Below are positions 60,430 through 64,000 of a stretch of 64,000 nucleotides of DNA, one piece after another; within the stretch, counting starts at the first letter, position 1, and every line of letters begins with the position of its first letter. The stretch is from Marsupella aquatica. Lineage: Eukaryota > Plantae > Marchantiophyta. Made by a program: the position numbers and the translations under genes. The notes beneath the pieces are model-generated. The model did no database searches. It saw only the letters and a program-made list of their open reading frames with translations, and was not told the origin of the DNA. The stretch spans positions 6,348,234 to 6,412,233 of the forward strand of contig OZ316894.1 in NCBI GenBank assembly GCA_973895155.1, in the 5' to 3' direction.

Positions 60430-63400
60430 ATGACAATGTCGTAGGAAGAGCTGGTGGATGACATCTTTTCGCGCCATCCTTTGACGGACTTCCACAACTC
60501 ATCCTGGACGATTTCCTTAGGGACGGAAACATGGAAGAAGCCCTTCCTAATGCTGTGTGTATTTGAGGGGCTTCCATCGGGGGCATTAGGGTGGGTAAAT
60601 TATGGCCGCATCGATGTATTTCGACGGGGCGACGAAGTTGTGAACATGTTGATCACAACGAAGGAAACATCAACTTTGATTGTCGTGGATGTGGAGAGGT
60701 TTTCTGGAACGGCTGCCACCTGCTATCTCGATGAGGACATCGATAGCATCATTGAGACTGTCAAGTCTCTTTCGAGTGAGGAACGTTACCACGACATCGC
60801 GGGAAAGATTTCCGGTTTTGTGTTTGAATTTCACGCTAGCACTTTAAAGAGTGCAATCCGAAAATCAAGAGAGATTCTCCGGAAAAGGTCGGCAGAGAAG
60901 GGAGTAAGTCGTCCACCCAAATCTGGGGCTTCCGGTGTTCCTTCTGGATCGAGGCCTAGCATTTTACCCAATGATATTTTGACCGTGGTAGCCCCTACAA
61001 CCTCCCGGGAAGCAGCAGCATCTGGAGGGGGATCTCAAGTTGGCAGATCATCCCAGGGAACGGCTTTGACTGGTGGGTCGGCACAAGGTACGACTGGAAC
61101 TCGCATTTCTTCAAAGAAGCGACCTGCTATGACTCCTGAGCCTACCGAGCCCAGTGCTACAAAGTCAAAAAAGAAGACTTTGGAGAAAATTCCAACGCAT
61201 TTGGAGCAAAAGGCTCAATCAATGTCAATGGATGCACGGGTATTGTACCAAGAGGAGATTCTGGGAAGATGTGGTGTTCAAGAGGAGACCGTGACCGTTG
61301 ACATTGGTCAACTTTACCCTCCAGTGAGAGAGAAGGCTGTGGGCTTGCCCATTTACCAGGTCCGACACATCCAACCATATTTCTTGACCCAATTGACCTT
61401 GCGGATGAAGACTGTAGGTGCCAGTCCACTTGCAGCTCCGTTTGTCCTCTTGGTGGATCCGAAGGAGTGTGCTACTAGGCAAGACTTTGATTTTTCAAGG
61501 AAAGCTGATTACCATTATTATGTGATTGGGGGCAACCATTCAGCCTGTGCCAAAGCAGACCTTGCTCTTCAGTTCCCTAACAACAAGGCATTTCGGAGAG
61601 TGCAATCTTGGATATTTGCGGGATTGAGTGTGCAAGAGGCAAGAAACCTTGCGTGGAGTCACAATATTGATTCTGAATTTCGACAACAGATGACGACAAT
61701 CCAGAGAGTAAATTATATTCACATGAGATTTGTTGAGAATGGATTGTCGTCCAACCAGGATTTCAAGAAAGAGTGTGCTACTGAAATCAATCTCAAGGAT
61801 TGGGGTGTACGAAAGGATGTTGAGGTTCTTAATGCCAATGATAACCTATTTCAGTTGGCATTCCGACAAGATCCTGTGTGGTCATTTGTGAGGCAGATTT
61901 GTGACAAGTGGGAGATGTGTGAGATCAAAGGTCAAAAAGGAGACAAAGGCAAGAAGAAAGTCTCTAAGTCTGGAGATGCCAAATTGCCTTATGAGGACAT
62001 GAAATTAACAGAGTGGAGACACATGCAGGCCTTGAAAGATCCTGATATGATTTGCCCAGTGTTACAGAGAGTTCTTACTAAAGAACTCTCTTTACAGGAA
62101 ATGGGTCACGAATTTACTCGACACAAATTTCAGATGCAGGTGCAGAAGGCCTTCCTCACGTGTCTACACGAGGAGAGTTGGTCAGGTTGTAAAACCAAGT
62201 ACCCTGAGCATTGCACAGACAATGTGCTTAAGAATTTTGTACCTGTTTTCCAGACATGGGTAAGATTCTGTCACCTTTCTTCGAATGATTGTTTGAATTC
62301 ATTTAATATTTGGAATCCTTGTTTCTAATTCTACAGTTCCTTTTTGTAGAAAGATACCACCTCCCGGAAAAAGAAGGGAGATGAGGAAGGCAAAGATCTC
62401 AAGTCATTCCCGGACAAATTCAATGCGCATATTGTGCAAGCCCAAAATTGGCTATCCATGAAAACTTCTAGTCGGCAAACCCAAGAGGGGGAACTTCATC
62501 CAAATTCGTTTGAGCATCCAGAGTTTGGTGATCACTATGATATTTTTACTTAAGATGCTCAGCGATTACATGAGGTGGTTCCGGGTCGGGCTTACACATT
62601 AGCTTTAGTGGATATTCCCTACGGGTTTGCATTGCCTGGATGTCTTCATGAAGACACTATTGGATGGGGAACTGAGGAGATCACAAAAATGGTCCAATCG
62701 TTCAAGGTGGCTACTACTGCAAAGTTGTGGCGTATTATCATTCACCACAGCCTTGACCAATATGAGGCCATCAAGACCGTTTTGAAAGCGGAGTGTAATG
62801 GAGGGTTCCAGAATTGTGTGTGGTAAGAAATATTTGTTTTTGAAAAAAACAACTATTAGTTATTCATGATTTCATGAACCATGTTTCTCAATTTAAATAA
62901 CTCCTTGACTTTTTGTGACTTTTCAGGGTTAAGGATAATGTGAAGAATGCTGGTGGACCAAGATTGAACAGCAACTTTGAGTGCTTTACAATTGGCTTTC
63001 ACAGCCAGGATGGTAAACGGTCATTGGAGCACTTCAATTTTGACACAAATGAATCAAGGAACAATGTGGTTGTATGCGCAGCTGTGACTAAGAAGCTGAA
63101 ACACAACGGGGATAACAAGGCAGTGAATGTTTATCAGAAACCACGTGCATTGTTAGATTGGGAAGTGAGTCATTTTAGTCAGGTTGGAGACTGGGTTTTG
63201 GATATTTGTTCAGGATCAGGGACTGGGACAACCTCCTCCTTGGCCATGGGGAGACATTGCGTTGCCATTGAGATTGACGAGCGACAGAGCAGTGTGTTGA
63301 AAGGGAGGATTCTTAACCTTGCAGATAACATTGAAGAGGAAGACGGACAGGGGGAGATGGATGAGGAGAGTGAGGAAGACATTCCTCAGGCCGGAGAGGA

Positions 63401-63488
63401 TAGCGTGGTTGACGATGCCACAATTGTTCCAGAATTGACGACAGGGACTTCCGGAACCGAGGAAGGGGAAGCGGTCCCTTTGGATTAG
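60430..63488 (+). pseudogene. ParB/Srx-like domain fused to a beta-class N6/N4 DNA methyltransferase (exons 60430-62259, 62350-62822, 62927-63488; ~954 aa; two premature stops)
   Basis: ParB-like VR.I....L..L...M.....APFVLLV...YYVIGGNHS. MTase motif IV LALVDIPYG precedes W.K, QKPRALL and motif I GDWVLDICSGSGT....AMGRHCVAIEID (beta order). Both GT-AG introns keep the frame. Stops: TAG at 60442 and TAA at 62551. Confidence 0.85.
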
Positions 63489-63809
63489 ACTAGATAAATA
63501 GAGGGACTCGTAGCATTTGAAACCACTTGGGCTTAAGTTGGGTTATATTTTGTAAAACTTTGAGTTTGACTTAAACTCTGATCGATGAGTTTGATTTTGA
63601 TTACTTTTATAAAGTGCATATTTCAAGGTTTATACAATTGTGAGAATATCATATAAGATATGCTTAGATTTTGGTGGTAAAATTCTCTTGAGTCTAGTTT
63701 GGAAAATACATACCATTTTTTGGTGGTTTTTTGGTATACACTTTTTAATATCATGAAGATTTTGAAAAGAGAAATAAGGCTTTGGACTCATCCCTTAAGG
63801 CTTCTTGTT

Positions 63810-64000
63810 GTGGACTCACCTGCAAATAGGTTTGTGGAGGACCGATGGGGTGACTTCAAGACAGACCCATATCATGTATGACTAGGTTTGGCATCAGATG
63901 GGATCAGCCCCTTTGCATTGGCCGGGAAGGCCCAACCATACTCAGTTTGGCCAGTAGTCCTTACAAATTACAACATCCCTCCATGGATGGCCATGAAGAA
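63810..64000 (+). pseudogene. CACTA-3 TnpD continuation
   Basis: VDSPANRFVEDRWGDFKTDPYHV*LGLASDGISPF...SVWPVVLTNYNIPPWMAMK. Confidence 0.92.

Larger units (their letters stand above)
55675..63809. mobile_element. Sola-like DDE/D DNA transposon (8135 bp) with a cargo gene
   Basis: 24-bp TIRs AACAAGAAGCCTTAA(AT/GG)GATGAGT (22/24 match); 4-bp TSD GTGG at 55671-55674 and 63810-63813; excision restores the TnpD reading MMVDSP. Confidence 0.9.
26683..64000 (+). mobile_element. Old CACTA element, CACTA-3, host of three nested insertions; left TIR not found, right end outside the window
   Basis: Removing the gypsy, CACTA-2 and Sola insertions gives the same layout as CACTA-2: a minus-strand TnpA-like gene, a shared motif (tgca..gtgagagccc..catctg.aggta at ~43393 vs ~47203) about 335-355 bp before the Zn-finger exon, then a SET exon and TnpD. 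Confidence 0.75.

Noticed and set aside
60430-63488. Bacterial contamination or a restriction-modification operon
   Set aside because: The gene has frame-preserving GT-AG introns, lies within TIRs and a TSD inside a plant CACTA gene, and no nuclease partner was seen.

Overview
A eukaryotic, TE-dense window, most likely from a non-seed land plant (inferred from plant-type RPL18a and EDM2-like fragments, short GT-AG introns and a non-chromovirus Ty3/gypsy without an extra RNase H). No intact host gene was seen. It is a nest of elements whose termini and target-site duplications (TSDs) can be read directly. (1) CACTA-1 (2192-23568; TIR CACTAGAAGAA, TSD AGA) carries TnpD, TnpA, a tandem-BRCT gene, an EDM2-type PHD gene and an RPL18a exon, and is interrupted by a 4.66-kb solo LTR (11948-16610, TSD CCTGA) that itself holds a ~1100-codon gene. 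(2) An old CACTA-3 (~26.7 kb to beyond the window) received three insertions. These are a young Ty3/gypsy (27981-42086, TSD GTGAT) whose 4-kb LTRs each contain an intact 880-aa ORF, a related CACTA-2 (43498-53177), and an 8.1-kb Sola-like DNA transposon (55675-63809, 24-bp TIR, TSD GTGG). The most striking items are: the Sola-like element carries a spliced ParB-like/beta-class N6/N4 DNA methyltransferase gene with a palindromic TCATGA array upstream; both CACTA-2 and CACTA-3 have a SET-domain exon inside the predicted first intron of the transposase, suggesting alternative splicing onto a shared Zn-finger exon; and two LTR families encode homologous large proteins inside the LTR. All domain calls are by motif recognition, not database search.
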